Below are positions 19,333-29,604 of a stretch of DNA of 64,000 bases, piece after piece. The stretch is taken from contig CAZNSX010000006.1 of NCBI GenBank assembly GCA_964575845.1, forward strand, positions 5,378-69,377, written 5' to 3'. The notes beneath the pieces are model-generated. The model saw nothing but the letters and a program-made list of their open reading frames with translations, was not told the DNA's origin and did no database searches. This DNA is from an uncultured bacterium (lineage in GTDB: Bacteria; UBA8248; CAZNSX01). The stretch's first letter is position 1; each line of letters begins with the position of its first letter. The position numbers were made by a program, and so were the translations under genes.

Positions 19333-20727
19333 ATGGCTCTCCGTGAGACCCACCCAGCTTCCGGCGGGGACGAGATCTCCCCTGATCTCATCCGTCAGTT
19401 AGACGCGCGCCACGTCTGGCATCCGGTCACCCAGCACGCCGTCCTGGAAACGCGTCCTCTCCTCCTCATCAGAGAGGCCCGTGGTGCCTGCGTCTACGAC
19501 GCGGAGGGGCGGGAGTACCTCGACGCCATGGCAGGCCTCTGGTGCGTGAACATAGGATACGGCCGCAAGGAGGTGGCGGATGCCGCCTACGAGCAGATGT
19601 TGAAGCTCTCCTATTACCCTAATACCCAGATGACCGAGCCGGCGGCGCTACTGGCCGAGAAAGTGGCGAGCATCGCGCCCGGTAACCTCGAGCGGACCTT
19701 CTTCACCAACAGCGGTTCTGAGGCCGTGGAGACGGCCCTGAAGATCGCGCGCCAGTATGCCCGCCAGGTCCATCGCGGCCAGAATCGCTACAAGGTCGTC
19801 GCGCGCTACCGCGGCTATCACGGCTGGACCTTGGGAGCGCTCTCGGCAACCGGCCAGATGCGCCGTCGCAACGCCTTCGAACCACTGGTGCCGGGCTTCT
19901 TCCACGCCCGCCCGCCCGATTGCTATCGCTGCCCCTGGGGCCAGAAAATTGAGAGCTGCGAGCTTGAGTGCGCGGATGAGGTGGAGGAGATAATCCGCTT
20001 TCAGGGTCCGGAGACGGTGGCGGCCGTGATTGCCGAACCCATCATAGGCGGGGGAGGGGTGATCCCTTCGCCTGAGGGCTACCTGCAGAAGCTGCGCGCC
20101 GCCTGCGACCGCTACGGAGTGCTCCTCATCTTCGATGAGGTCATCACCGGCTTCGGCCGGACGGGGGAGCTCTTTGCCGGGATCCTCTATGGCGTCCAGG
20201 CCGACATCATGACTATGGCCAAGGGGCTGAGCAGCGCCTATCTCCCGCTGGCGGGCACGATCACCACGCCGGAGGTCTTCGAGGCCTTCTTTGCCGAGGA
20301 CGACCCCGAGGCTCTGCTTGTGAACCTGTCCACCTTCGGGGGCCATCCCGTGGCGTGTGCTGCGGGGCTCGCAAACTTGGAGGTCCTCCTCCGGGAGCGC
20401 CTCTGGGAGAACGCGCGGACTGTGGGCGCCCACCTGGGCCAGGCCCTGAATGGGCTCCGTGAGCTCTCCTGTGTGGGCGACGTGCGGGGGCGGGGTTTGC
20501 TTTGGGCCGTAGAGATCGTGGAGGATTCGGGGGCGCCGGTGTCAGATGCAGTCATGAATCAGGTCCTTGCCCGGTGTCGTCAGGCTGGCGTCATCATCAG
20601 CAAGAACGCCGAGACCGTGGCGGGCTTTGCCAACGTCATAACCCTCGCGCCGCCCCTTGTCCTCACCAAAGACCAGGCGGACCAGATCGTCAAGGTGCTG
20701 AAGGAGGCGCTCACGCAGGTTGCCTGA
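19333..20727 (+). CDS. Class III PLP aminotransferase (omega-transaminase/BioA-like)
   Basis: AGLWCVNIGYG, NSGSEA, YHG, FDEVITGFGRTG, DIMTMAKG; RBS aggagg. Confidence 0.93.
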   Translation: MALRETHPASGGDEISPDLIRQLDARHVWHPVTQHAVLETRPLLLIREARGACVYDAEGREYLDAMAGLWCVNIGYGRKEVADAAYEQMLKLSYYPNTQMTEPAALLAEKVASIAPGNLERTFFTNSGSEAVETALKIARQYARQVHRGQNRYKVVARYRGYHGWTLGALSATGQMRRRNAFEPLVPGFFHARPPDCYRCPWGQKIESCELECADEVEEIIRFQGPETVAAVIAEPIIGGGGVIPSPEGYLQKLRAACDRYGVLLIFDEVITGFGRTGELFAGILYGVQADIMTMAKGLSSAYLPLAGTITTPEVFEAFFAEDDPEALLVNLSTFGGHPVACAAGLANLEVLLRERLWENARTVGAHLGQALNGLRELSCVGDVRGRGLLWAVEIVEDSGAPVSDAVMNQVLARCRQAGVIISKNAETVAGFANVITLAPPLVLTKDQADQIVKVLKEALTQVA

Positions 20728-20863
20728 TTTGGGGCGGGAGTCAGGGGGACGGCTCCGCGTTCGATAGAGGCAAGCGCAGGGGCTCCCCCGCGCGGCCGAG
20801 CTCGCCGATTTCCGGCGGGACATCAGAGGATAGCGAGACCAGAAGGAAGCGAAGCTTTTCTCG

Positions 20864-20893
20864 TTGACAGATTTTGTCTCCTTTTAGTATCCT
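20864..20893 (+). promoter_or_regulatory. Putative sigma70 promoter
   Basis: TTGACA-N18-TATCCT directly ahead of a structured segment. Confidence 0.5.
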
Positions 20894-20914
20894 TGCGTCA
20901 ACACAAGTACGACA

Positions 20915-21071
20915 AAAGTGGATGTCAGGCTCCCTTTGGGTCAGTTCCCAATTTGGTGGCAGGACCGAAAGAACCTTGCGGCTGAGGCTTCGGGAACAAC
21001 CCCTGCTAGACGGCTGCGCCTTCTAGTAGCTGTCCTTTCAGCGCGTCCGCCTGAGCTCATCCAAACACTTT
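20915..21071 (+). ncRNA. Candidate structured RNA / leader (family unassigned)
   Basis: Closing helix GGATG.TCAGGC/GCCTGA..CATCC encloses stems GGGT..GTTCCC/GGGAAC.ACCC, GCAGG/CTTGC and CTGCTAGA/TCTAGTAG; G-U pairs favour the + strand. Confidence 0.45.
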
Positions 21072-21214
21072 AAGCCCTTTCGTCCCATGGAGATAGGAGG
21101 ACAGGGAGAAAGCCGCTCGCCTCAAACGGAAACACTTGAGAGATGTCTTAGGGGATATCGAGAAGTTCGCGGAGTACGGGCTGCTATGAAGTCAATCCAG
21201 AGGGTGGAAATGAG

Positions 21215-23467
21215 ATGGCAAGGGAGGTAAAGGTCGGGCTCTGCCGGGGCTGCGGGGGGCACGACCAGTGCCACTACAAGGCCGAGGTGGAGGACGGGAG
21301 GCTCATCCGGACCATGAATTTTCCCGAGTCTCCTTTCTCACCCTATTTCACGGCGGAGGGCTGCCCAAAGAACCGGGCCTGGGTCGAGCTCTCAGAGCAT
21401 CCGGGAAGGTTAGATTACCCCCTCAAGAGGGCCGGGGCCAGGGGCGAGAACAAGTGGGAGAGGGTCGGCTGGGACCAGGCACTCGATGAGATCGCAACCA
21501 AACTGGACCAGATCCGCAAAGAGAGCGGACCGGAGTACGTGGGGGCCATCATCGGCTTCTGGAACGAAGAGTGGGACATCGGCCGCTTCTTCAACGCCTT
21601 CGGCTCCGGCAACGTCGAGAACATAAACGCGCGGGTGTGCAGCGGGCAGGAAGCCTTCATGAACCTCGTGATGTTCGGCGGCATAACCCACTATGGCCCC
21701 CCCACGCCCGCGTGCAAGCTCACGGTCTGCTGGTCTGGGAGCCACCACATCACCGGGGGTCTCAAGTGGAAGGCCATGATGAGGGTCCCCAAGCTCATCG
21801 TCGTGGACCCCATAGCCACCTATGAGGCCAAGAGAGCGGATGTCTTCTGCCAGCTAAGGCCCGGCACCGACACCGCCCTCGCCCTCGGCTGGCTCAACGT
21901 CATAATCAACGAGAACCTCTACGACAGGGAGTTCGTGGAGGAGTGGGTCCTGGGTTTTGAGGACCTCAAGGGGCGCGTCCGGGAGTTTCCGCCAGAGAGG
22001 GTCGAGGAGATCACCTGGGTCCCACGGCAGACCATCGTCGATGCCGCTACCCTCTACGCCACAACCAAGCCCGCCAACATCCAGTGGGGGACTGCGTGCG
22101 CCCAGTTGGGGAGGAACGCGGCTGAGAGCGAGCGAGCGCGAAACTGTCTCAGGGCCGTCACGGGGAACGTGGATAAGGACGGAGGGAACCATTTCATAAG
22201 GGCGCATCCAAAGCTCTACTCCTTCAAGAAATTGCTGGCTGATGAGCTCCTCCCCCAATCCCAGGTGGAAAAGATAATCGGAGCCGAGAACGCCCCCGTG
22301 ATGTCGTGGCGCGGGTTCGAGCTCCTGCCCGACAAGGAGAGCCTGAGGGCTTTTGCCCTCAGGGGGCCTAACTTTCCATCCTTGCTGCAAGCCTTCCTTA
22401 CGGGCAAGCCTTACCGTCCGAGGGCTCTCTTTGTGGCCTGCTGTAATCCCGTCGTCACCATGTCTCAGACGGACAAGGTTTACAGAGTTCTGAAGGAGAA
22501 GGTAGAGCTCCTGGTGAGCCTGGAGCTTTTCCACACACCAACCTCCGTGCTCTGCGATTACGTTCTTCCCGTCACCTCATGGCTCGAGCGGCCGACGGTG
22601 AACTTCCTGGAGCGGGCCAATTGCATCATGGCGGGCGAGCGCATCCTGCCCAAGAGCATCCCCGGGAAGTACGACCGCCGGGACGACTACGACGTCTGGC
22701 GCGAGCTGGGCCTGCGCCTGGGGCAGAAGGACCTCTGGCCCTGGGAGACCCTGGACGAGGTTATGGACATGCGCGTCAAGGAGCTGGGGATGCCCTTCCA
22801 GAAGTTCGCCAGGAAGAAATCCTGGGACATCGATCCCCTGGAGTTCGAGACCTACAAGAAGGTTGGGTTCAAGACGCCCTCGGGGAAGATTGAGCTCACC
22901 TCCACGATCTTCGAGAAATGTGGTCTCGACCCCGTGGTCCACTACGAGGAGCCATCTGAGAGCCCGGTCTCGACGCCGGAGCTTTCGAAGCAATACCCTT
23001 ACATTCTTATGAATCCACACAAGCCCAAGATGTTTCTACACTCCTCCTTTCGAGGGCTCAAGTCCTTGCGTCGCAAGCACAACGAGCCCTTCGTTCGCAT
23101 TCACCCTGATACCGCCCTCAAGCACGGAATCTCAGAGGGGGACATGGTGTGGATAGAGACCCCGCGCGGCAGGATACAGCAGAAGGCCGTCCTCACGCCC
23201 GACATCCTGCCCCAGTGCATCGCGCCTGACCCGAACTGGTGGTTCCCGGAAAAGGAGGCAAAAGAGCCGAGCCTCTTCGGAGCCTTCGAGAAGAGCTTCA
23301 ACTTTCTCACCTCAGATTCCATCGAGCATGCGGGCGAGAGCTGCGGGAACTGGTACCTGGGGGGAATGCTCTGCAAGGTCTACAGGGTCAAAGACGGGGA
23401 GGAGATAATAACCCCGACATACGAGGTTCCGAATTACGATCCCATGTCGAAGACGCCGAAAACCTGA
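21215..23467 (+). CDS. Molybdopterin oxidoreductase, acetylene hydratase-like (paralog 2)
   Basis: CRGCGGHDQC...CPK; visibly closest to paralog 1 (shared WDIGRF, HYGP, ESCGNWYLG). Confidence 0.9.
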   Translation: MAREVKVGLCRGCGGHDQCHYKAEVEDGRLIRTMNFPESPFSPYFTAEGCPKNRAWVELSEHPGRLDYPLKRAGARGENKWERVGWDQALDEIATKLDQIRKESGPEYVGAIIGFWNEEWDIGRFFNAFGSGNVENINARVCSGQEAFMNLVMFGGITHYGPPTPACKLTVCWSGSHHITGGLKWKAMMRVPKLIVVDPIATYEAKRADVFCQLRPGTDTALALGWLNVIINENLYDREFVEEWVLGFEDLKGRVREFPPERVEEITWVPRQTIVDAATLYATTKPANIQWGTACAQLGRNAAESERARNCLRAVTGNVDKDGGNHFIRAHPKLYSFKKLLADELLPQSQVEKIIGAENAPVMSWRGFELLPDKESLRAFALRGPNFPSLLQAFLTGKPYRPRALFVACCNPVVTMSQTDKVYRVLKEKVELLVSLELFHTPTSVLCDYVLPVTSWLERPTVNFLERANCIMAGERILPKSIPGKYDRRDDYDVWRELGLRLGQKDLWPWETLDEVMDMRVKELGMPFQKFARKKSWDIDPLEFETYKKVGFKTPSGKIELTSTIFEKCGLDPVVHYEEPSESPVSTPELSKQYPYILMNPHKPKMFLHSSFRGLKSLRRKHNEPFVRIHPDTALKHGISEGDMVWIETPRGRIQQKAVLTPDILPQCIAPDPNWWFPEKEAKEPSLFGAFEKSFNFLTSDSIEHAGESCGNWYLGGMLCKVYRVKDGEEIITPTYEVPNYDPMSKTPKT

Positions 23468-23717
23468 AATTATCACAGGCCTCGTCATTTGCTTCATGTT
23501 CGAGGATAACTTTCGATAAGATATGTTTTGTCTCAGGCTGGTATAACAATCTTTGATTATGCCCTATAAGGCTAATAATAATCAGTTTTCTCTTCCTTTT
23601 GCCTGTAGTAAAGCTCTGGACCTGAATATCGAGAGAATTGAGCAATGATTCGCCGTTTCGAAAGTATGGCTGAAAATAATCTTTTCGACTCAGAAAGAAG
23701 AAGGGGAGGGTATCAAG

Positions 23718-25865
23718 ATGGAAAGAAAAATCATACCGACGAGCTGTTACATAGGATTTCTAGCCTGCGGGGCACTTGCGCATGTAGAGGATGGGAAGCT
23801 CATAAAGGTCACTGGAAACCCTGAGCACCCGTGGAGCGCTATCTGCCCGAAATGTTCTGAGTCCGTCCAGGCGCTCTACAACCCCAACCGGCCTATCCAC
23901 CCTATGAAGCGGACGGGCGATAGAGGGGAAGGAAAATGGGAGCGCATAACATGGGAAGAGGCGCTTGAGACCGTGGCCGACCGCTTCGCGGAGGTCATCG
24001 ATAAGCACGGGCCGGAATCCATCCTCGCCATGGACGGCTCGCCGGGTCGAACTCATGCCCTTTCCATAGCTCTTTTCATGCGGTCTATCGGAAGCCCAAA
24101 TGTAGCGAGCGATTGCGACCTATGCGAGGGAGGCAGCTGGGTCGGCAATATGGTGACAATCGGGGAGTATATCACCGACATACGCTCAGCCCCCGATATT
24201 GAGAACACAAAGTGTTTGATGCTTGCGGCCGTGAATCCGGCGGTATCCGCCCATCCGAAATGGGTGATCCAATGGAGAAAGGCCCGCGCCAACGGCGCAA
24301 AGCTAATTGTTCTGGACCCGAGGCGCACCGAATCTGCCGAGCAAGCCGACCTGTGGCTTCAGGTGAGGCCCGGCACCGACACCGCCCTCGGCCTTGCTAT
24401 GCTTCACACGATCATAAATGAGGGCCTCTATGACAAGGACTTTATAGATAAATGGACCGTGGGTTTCGACAGACTCAAAGACCACGTCCAGCAATATCCT
24501 CCGGAGAAGATGCAGGAAACTACTTGGGTTCCCGCGGACAAGATCAGAGAAGCCGCCAGGATGTTCGCTACCACTAAGCCCGCCGGCATCCATTACGGGG
24601 TTGGGCTTGAGCAATGTATCAATGCCCTGCAGAATGGGCGCGTGTTCTCGATTCTCATAGCGATAACGGGTAACATCGATGTCCGAGGCGGGAACCTCTT
24701 CAAGAAGTCTTACCCAGGCTACAAGGGCGCGTTCTATTTCTGGGCGGACAAGGAGTGGAGGCTCCCCCCGGAGGTCGAAGCCAAACGCCTGGGGGCCAGA
24801 AACTTCCCGCTGTGGTCAGGCCCTGATTCCTACCTCGCCCTCTGTCACACCGCTTCGGCAATCCAAGCTATGCTTTATGGTGACCCCTATCCCGTAAAGG
24901 CCGCATACATCGGCGGGAACAACGTCGTGCTTACTTATCCGAACTCGCCCAGGGTCTGGGATGCCTTGAAGAAATTGGATTTCCTGGTTGTCTCGGAGCC
25001 CTACGACATGACGCCCACGGCAGAGCTGGCCGACATTCTGCTGCCCAAATGCCAGTGGCTTGAGAATAAGGACATCGATTACTACTATGGCGCTAATGTA
25101 TTGCTCATCAGGCAGCCTGTGGTGCAGCCCCGCGGGGAGGCGAGGGAAGAGCTGGAGATCATGATCGAGCTTCGCAAAAAGATGGAGAAGCGGGGGATGG
25201 TGAAGAGAAGCTATCTCCCGTGGAACAGCGTGGATGAATTCGTCCAGTCTCGCCTCAAGGATACGGGAGTGAGCTGGGAGGAATTGAGCGAGAAAGGCTT
25301 TATCATCAACCCCAAACCCATCAAATATAAGGAGTATGAAGAGCGCGGCTTCGCTACCCCTTCGGGCAAGGTGGAGCTATATTCCAGTATATTAGAAAGG
25401 CATAACTATCCACCTCTTCCCATATTTGTTGAACCTTCCGAGGGCTATATCACGACTCCGGAGTTGGCTAAAAAGTATCCCTTAATGCTTCTGACGGGCA
25501 TAAGGGACTATAACTATTGGCAATCTCGCTTCAGGGATATCCCAAGGCTTCGTCAGAAGTCGCCCGAGCCCTGGGCCGAGATTCACCACGAAGTGGCGCT
25601 GGCGAGGGGGATCGAAGAGGGCGATAGGATTTGGGTTGAAACTACCAGCGCGAGAAGGATAGAGCTAGTTGCGAGAGTGACCGACCGGGTCCACCCAAAG
25701 ACCGTGATAACGTCGTTTGGCTGGTATTTTCCGGAAAAACCAGGCCCTGAACACGGATGCTTCGAATCTAACTCAAATGTACTTGTGACCGATGATCCCC
25801 CTTGGGACCCTGGTACAGGGGTGCCCTTCACGAGGGGATTGCTCTGCGAGATAGGAAAAGCCTAG
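23718..25865 (+). CDS. Molybdopterin oxidoreductase, acetylene hydratase-like (paralog 3)
   Basis: CYIGFLAC...CPKC, ITWEEAL, RPGTD, GNIDVRGG, TPSGKVELYS; RBS ggagg. Confidence 0.9.
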   Translation: MERKIIPTSCYIGFLACGALAHVEDGKLIKVTGNPEHPWSAICPKCSESVQALYNPNRPIHPMKRTGDRGEGKWERITWEEALETVADRFAEVIDKHGPESILAMDGSPGRTHALSIALFMRSIGSPNVASDCDLCEGGSWVGNMVTIGEYITDIRSAPDIENTKCLMLAAVNPAVSAHPKWVIQWRKARANGAKLIVLDPRRTESAEQADLWLQVRPGTDTALGLAMLHTIINEGLYDKDFIDKWTVGFDRLKDHVQQYPPEKMQETTWVPADKIREAARMFATTKPAGIHYGVGLEQCINALQNGRVFSILIAITGNIDVRGGNLFKKSYPGYKGAFYFWADKEWRLPPEVEAKRLGARNFPLWSGPDSYLALCHTASAIQAMLYGDPYPVKAAYIGGNNVVLTYPNSPRVWDALKKLDFLVVSEPYDMTPTAELADILLPKCQWLENKDIDYYYGANVLLIRQPVVQPRGEAREELEIMIELRKKMEKRGMVKRSYLPWNSVDEFVQSRLKDTGVSWEELSEKGFIINPKPIKYKEYEERGFATPSGKVELYSSILERHNYPPLPIFVEPSEGYITTPELAKKYPLMLLTGIRDYNYWQSRFRDIPRLRQKSPEPWAEIHHEVALARGIEEGDRIWVETTSARRIELVARVTDRVHPKTVITSFGWYFPEKPGPEHGCFESNSNVLVTDDPPWDPGTGVPFTRGLLCEIGKA

Positions 25866-25922
25866 CCGTCGCATCTGCTCGTTCTTAATCAGAGGCGTGG
25901 CACATACTAGGAGGGGTCGAGT

Positions 25923-27107
25923 ATGTCATTGCGAGGAGTGGACTCTGTGCCGGGAAGGGACCTGATACCCAAGGAGGAGTTTGAGGAAAGAAGGCGTAAG
26001 TGTGCTGAGGCGGCCGGTGAGAGGGGTTTGGATGCAATGCTCGTTTGGTCCAGGGGAAATCGTACCACCGACAGGTGCGCCAACGTTCTCTATCTGGCCA
26101 ATCACTATGCTCAGCTTGTTTATTTCCCCGATCATCCACCTTACTGGATGGCGCTCGGCCATTGTGCAGTGGTGCTCCCCCGCCAAAATGAAGAGTCTGT
26201 CTTGATATCGGACCTTGACTATCGGAACGAATTGGCCGCCATTGATGATTTTCGTGCAAATACCGATGTTATCGGCGAGGTGGTCGAGGTCATTCAAGAA
26301 AAAAAGCTTGGAGGTGGAAGGATCGGCATAGCCGGCACCGATGAATTATCTATGAAGCATTATGCGGTTCTGAGAGATAAGCTGCCCGATGCTGAATTTG
26401 TTCCCGCCGATGATATATTGAACGACCTCAAAAAGATAAAGAGCAAGAATGAGATAAGAGTGATCAGGCAGGCCTGCGATATTCTGAACCAGGCGAGCGA
26501 TATCGGTATGGATGCAATCCAGCCCGGCGTCAGGGAGGAGGAGATAGTAGCCCTCATTACAAGGGAATTCTTATTAAGAGGTGCCGATGCCTGGAGAGTG
26601 GGGCCGTGCTCATCCAGAGTGATAAGGAAAGGAGAGCTTTATCCACTGGCCATAGTCGGAAACTATAAATTCTACCATTTCGACATAGGACGCACTAAAG
26701 TGGTTGGGGCAGAACCAACCGAAGAGCAAGCAAGACTCTTAGAAGTGTGTACGGATTTCGTGCTCGATGTCACAAAGGAAATCAGGCCCGGCAAAACGGC
26801 GCAAGAGGTGGCAGAATTCGGGTTCAGATTCCTGGAGGAGAGGCTCAACATTAAACTGTCGGATATCAAGAAAGGCCTCTGGCGCAGGGGACCTTACACT
26901 ATCTATTGGACCGGCCTGGGGCACAGCCTGGGCCTCGATTGGGAGTCATGTGATCCCTTCATCTTCGACGGCGACAACACAAAGATAGAGCAGGATATGT
27001 TCTTGGCCATCGAAATGGTCCTGACCCAAGAAGGTGTGGGAACGGCTGAGGTCGAACACAACTTCTTGGTGACAGAGACTGGAACCGAGGTGCTCACAAA
27101 ACTCTAG
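25923..27107 (+). CDS. M24 family (creatinase/prolidase-like) hydrolase
   Basis: Creatinase_N-like N-terminus, KSKNEI, DIGRT, GHSLGL, AIE, EVEH; RBS aggagg. Confidence 0.85.
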   Translation: MSLRGVDSVPGRDLIPKEEFEERRRKCAEAAGERGLDAMLVWSRGNRTTDRCANVLYLANHYAQLVYFPDHPPYWMALGHCAVVLPRQNEESVLISDLDYRNELAAIDDFRANTDVIGEVVEVIQEKKLGGGRIGIAGTDELSMKHYAVLRDKLPDAEFVPADDILNDLKKIKSKNEIRVIRQACDILNQASDIGMDAIQPGVREEEIVALITREFLLRGADAWRVGPCSSRVIRKGELYPLAIVGNYKFYHFDIGRTKVVGAEPTEEQARLLEVCTDFVLDVTKEIRPGKTAQEVAEFGFRFLEERLNIKLSDIKKGLWRRGPYTIYWTGLGHSLGLDWESCDPFIFDGDNTKIEQDMFLAIEMVLTQEGVGTAEVEHNFLVTETGTEVLTKL

Positions 27108-27287
27108 CCGCCACCAGTCGAGGCACTCGCTGAAAGATTGATATCATGTGTGGGTAACTAGCAGAAGAAGGGGGAACATCTTTCGCTCTCTTGAAAGGGG
27201 GGACGTAAAGGGAGCAAGATCCTCATTCAGAATGTTCACCCCATCCCGATGGCCCCCGGATGGGGAAGAACTCATAACGGCAAATGA

Positions 27288-27316
27288 TTGACAAAGAAAG
27301 CGCCCCGATATAGGAT
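27288..27316 (+). promoter_or_regulatory. Putative sigma70 promoter of the cupin/AhpD operon
   Basis: TTGACA-N17-TAGGAT about 90 nt upstream of the first cupin. Confidence 0.55.
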
Positions 27317-27408
27317 TACCGCAATGCCCAAATCGCTGTATTTTCCCGGAATCCATTTCGAACAAATGAACATTCGCGTGAACCGGAAACCGATGAGGAG
27401 CTATCACC

Positions 27409-27756
27409 ATGGGTATCATCAACAATGATGAGATAGAAATCAAAGAGCTCTATCCGGGTGTTTATCAGAGACCGATCATATCGAGAGCGACCGGTTCTGC
27501 CGCCATCACCATGGGTGAAGTCGAGATAAAGCCCGGTTGCAAAATACCCCTGCACACCCACAAGGTTGAGGATGTGATCTTGCTCCGCGCGGGCAAAGGT
27601 GAAATCCAATTCGGGGATGAGACCCACTCGGTCGGAGAGAGTATGTCCATCCTGGTCCCTGCTGGATTGAAGCATGAAGTGCGCAATACGGGCGAGGCGC
27701 CCATGAAGATTATTTTCGGGTTCCCCGCCATAGAGGTGGAAAGACACGAACTCTGA
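27409..27756 (+). CDS. Cupin domain protein
   Basis: PLHTHKVED...PAGLKHEVRN metal-binding cupin motifs; RBS gaggag. Confidence 0.88.
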   Translation: MGIINNDEIEIKELYPGVYQRPIISRATGSAAITMGEVEIKPGCKIPLHTHKVEDVILLRAGKGEIQFGDETHSVGESMSILVPAGLKHEVRNTGEAPMKIIFGFPAIEVERHEL

Positions 27757-27830
27757 AACGCGGTCTTCTGCTGGCTTAAAGCTAACCGCAGATCATCAGT
27801 GAATATTCATTAATTCAGAGGAGGAAACCG

Positions 27831-28451
27831 ATGGGCGAGAAGACCAAGGAAGTCGCCTTAGAGAAGATTCGGCTCGTCAAGCCGGATGAGGCCACGGGCA
27901 GGGTCAAGGAGATCTATGATGAAATAGTCCGGACAGAGGGGAAGAAATGGCTCGTCCCCTTGTGGGGTTTCTTCGCCCACGTGCCTAAACTCCTGGAGCT
28001 CACTTGGGAGATGCTGAAGACGCTGGAGGTCGATGAGGGGCTGGTACCGCGAGAGCTCATGAGCAGTATCGCGATGGCATGTGCCGTCGATGCCAATTGC
28101 GAACGCTGCATAACTTACCACCAGACGACCCTGGTGGAGCGCATGGGGATTAGCGATGAAGAGGCGGAGAAGGTCCGGTTCTTCGAGGAATCGGACTTGC
28201 CGGAGGAGCGCAAGAAGGTCTTGAGGTTCTGCAAGAAGGTGGCCTTCGGCCAGCAAGTCAGTCCCGAGGAGTTCACGCAGATCAAGAAGCTCGGCTATAA
28301 CGATGCGCAGATCGTCGAGATGGTCACCTTAGCCCTCTTCGAGTCGGGCCTGGCCAGGCATGGGGCGGTCCTCGCCCAGTATGAGGACGGCATGGATTGG
28401 CCCAGCGAGTACACTCCCTCGCCTCACTACAAGGAGTACGTCGATTCTTGA
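27831..28451 (+). CDS. Carboxymuconolactone decarboxylase/AhpD-like protein (CxxC)
   Basis: NCERCITYH (CxxCxxxH); N-terminal EATGRVKEIYDEI; RBS gaggagg. Confidence 0.85.
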   Translation: MGEKTKEVALEKIRLVKPDEATGRVKEIYDEIVRTEGKKWLVPLWGFFAHVPKLLELTWEMLKTLEVDEGLVPRELMSSIAMACAVDANCERCITYHQTTLVERMGISDEEAEKVRFFEESDLPEERKKVLRFCKKVAFGQQVSPEEFTQIKKLGYNDAQIVEMVTLALFESGLARHGAVLAQYEDGMDWPSEYTPSPHYKEYVDS

Positions 28452-28476
28452 GTCTAATTCATGAGGGGAGCGCAAG

Positions 28477-28830
28477 ATGGTTGATAAGACCGTAGTGTCC
28501 GATGAGAACAGGATATCCTGGGAACAACACCCTGAGCTCAAGAGCATCCAGCGAAAGCCCCTCCTCACCAAGAGGGATCACGGAGCCGACCTCACGGTGG
28601 TCTTGGTCAAGGGGGCGAAGGGGATCACCGTTCCCGAGCATATTCACCAGGGATGCGATGACATCATCTACGTGATGGAGGGGAAATTCAAAATCTTCGT
28701 CGAGGGAACCGGCGAGATTCAGGCAAAGAAGGGGATGCTGATATGTGTCCCCAGGGATGCGAAACATCACATCTACGATGTTGAGGAAGATTACCAGGTC
28801 TTCGATGTCTTCGTTCCTGCAACCTTATAG
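28477..28830 (+). CDS. Cupin domain protein
   Basis: PEHIHQGCDDIIYVMEG...PRDAKH. Confidence 0.85.
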   Translation: MVDKTVVSDENRISWEQHPELKSIQRKPLLTKRDHGADLTVVLVKGAKGITVPEHIHQGCDDIIYVMEGKFKIFVEGTGEIQAKKGMLICVPRDAKHHIYDVEEDYQVFDVFVPATL

Positions 28831-28889
28831 GGAGCTGAATACGGTAGGCTCTATGATGCGGGCTTGACTTTTTAAGAAAGGGATAAAGG

Positions 28890-29489
28890 ATGGACATGGA
28901 GGAGTTGAGGCTCATAAAGCCCGAGGAGGCAACGGGGGAGGCAAAAAAGGTCTACGATGAGATCATCGAGACACAGGGGATGAAGTGGCTCGTCCCCCTC
29001 TGGGGATTTTTTGCCCACGTGCCCGAGCTCCTGCGCTTCCACTGGGAGCTTCTGAAGGTCCTGGAGATCGAGGAGGGGCATGTCCCCCGAGACATAATGA
29101 ACTCCATTTCGATGGTCTGCGCGGTGGCCGCCGATTGTGCCCGGTGCGTAAACTATCACCAGACCACTCTCGTCGAGAGGCTCGGGATAAGCCCGGAGAA
29201 GGCAGAGAAGCTCAGGAACTTCGAGGAGTCGGACATACCCGAGGAGGAGAAGATAATATATCGTTTTGCCAAGAAGGTGGCCTTCGGCGAGCAGCTGACC
29301 CCGGAGGAGTATATGGCGGTCAGGAAACTGGGTTACGGGGACGCCGCCATCGTGGAGATCGTCACCGTGGCCCTTTTTGAATCGGCCATGGCCAGGCATG
29401 GTGTGGTCCTCGCTCAGCACGAAGACTCCCTCGACTGGCCGGCCGAGTATACCCCATCTGAATTCTATAAAGCGCACGCAGATAAGTAG
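28890..29489 (+). CDS. CMD/AhpD-like protein (CxxC), close paralog of 27831-28451
   Basis: DCARCVNYH; shares KWLVPLWGFFAHVP, YHQTTLVER, ALFES, DWP with the first copy. Confidence 0.85.
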   Translation: MDMEELRLIKPEEATGEAKKVYDEIIETQGMKWLVPLWGFFAHVPELLRFHWELLKVLEIEEGHVPRDIMNSISMVCAVAADCARCVNYHQTTLVERLGISPEKAEKLRNFEESDIPEEEKIIYRFAKKVAFGEQLTPEEYMAVRKLGYGDAAIVEIVTVALFESAMARHGVVLAQHEDSLDWPAEYTPSEFYKAHADK

Positions 29490-29604
29490 GTCTCTTGCGC
29501 GAGCCCTTCGGCCCAAGGGGATAGGAGACCGAGAGCTCCTATCTAATAACCTTCGGCTCTGAGAGGGATTATTGGCAAAAACTCCAAATGGAGGGTACAA
29601 CACA

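Noticed and set aside
20950-20975. T-box-like (AATTTGGTGGCA) or SRP-like (CAGGACCGAAAG) motif
   Set aside because: Only partial matches; no antiterminator, Stem I or AGCAG segment
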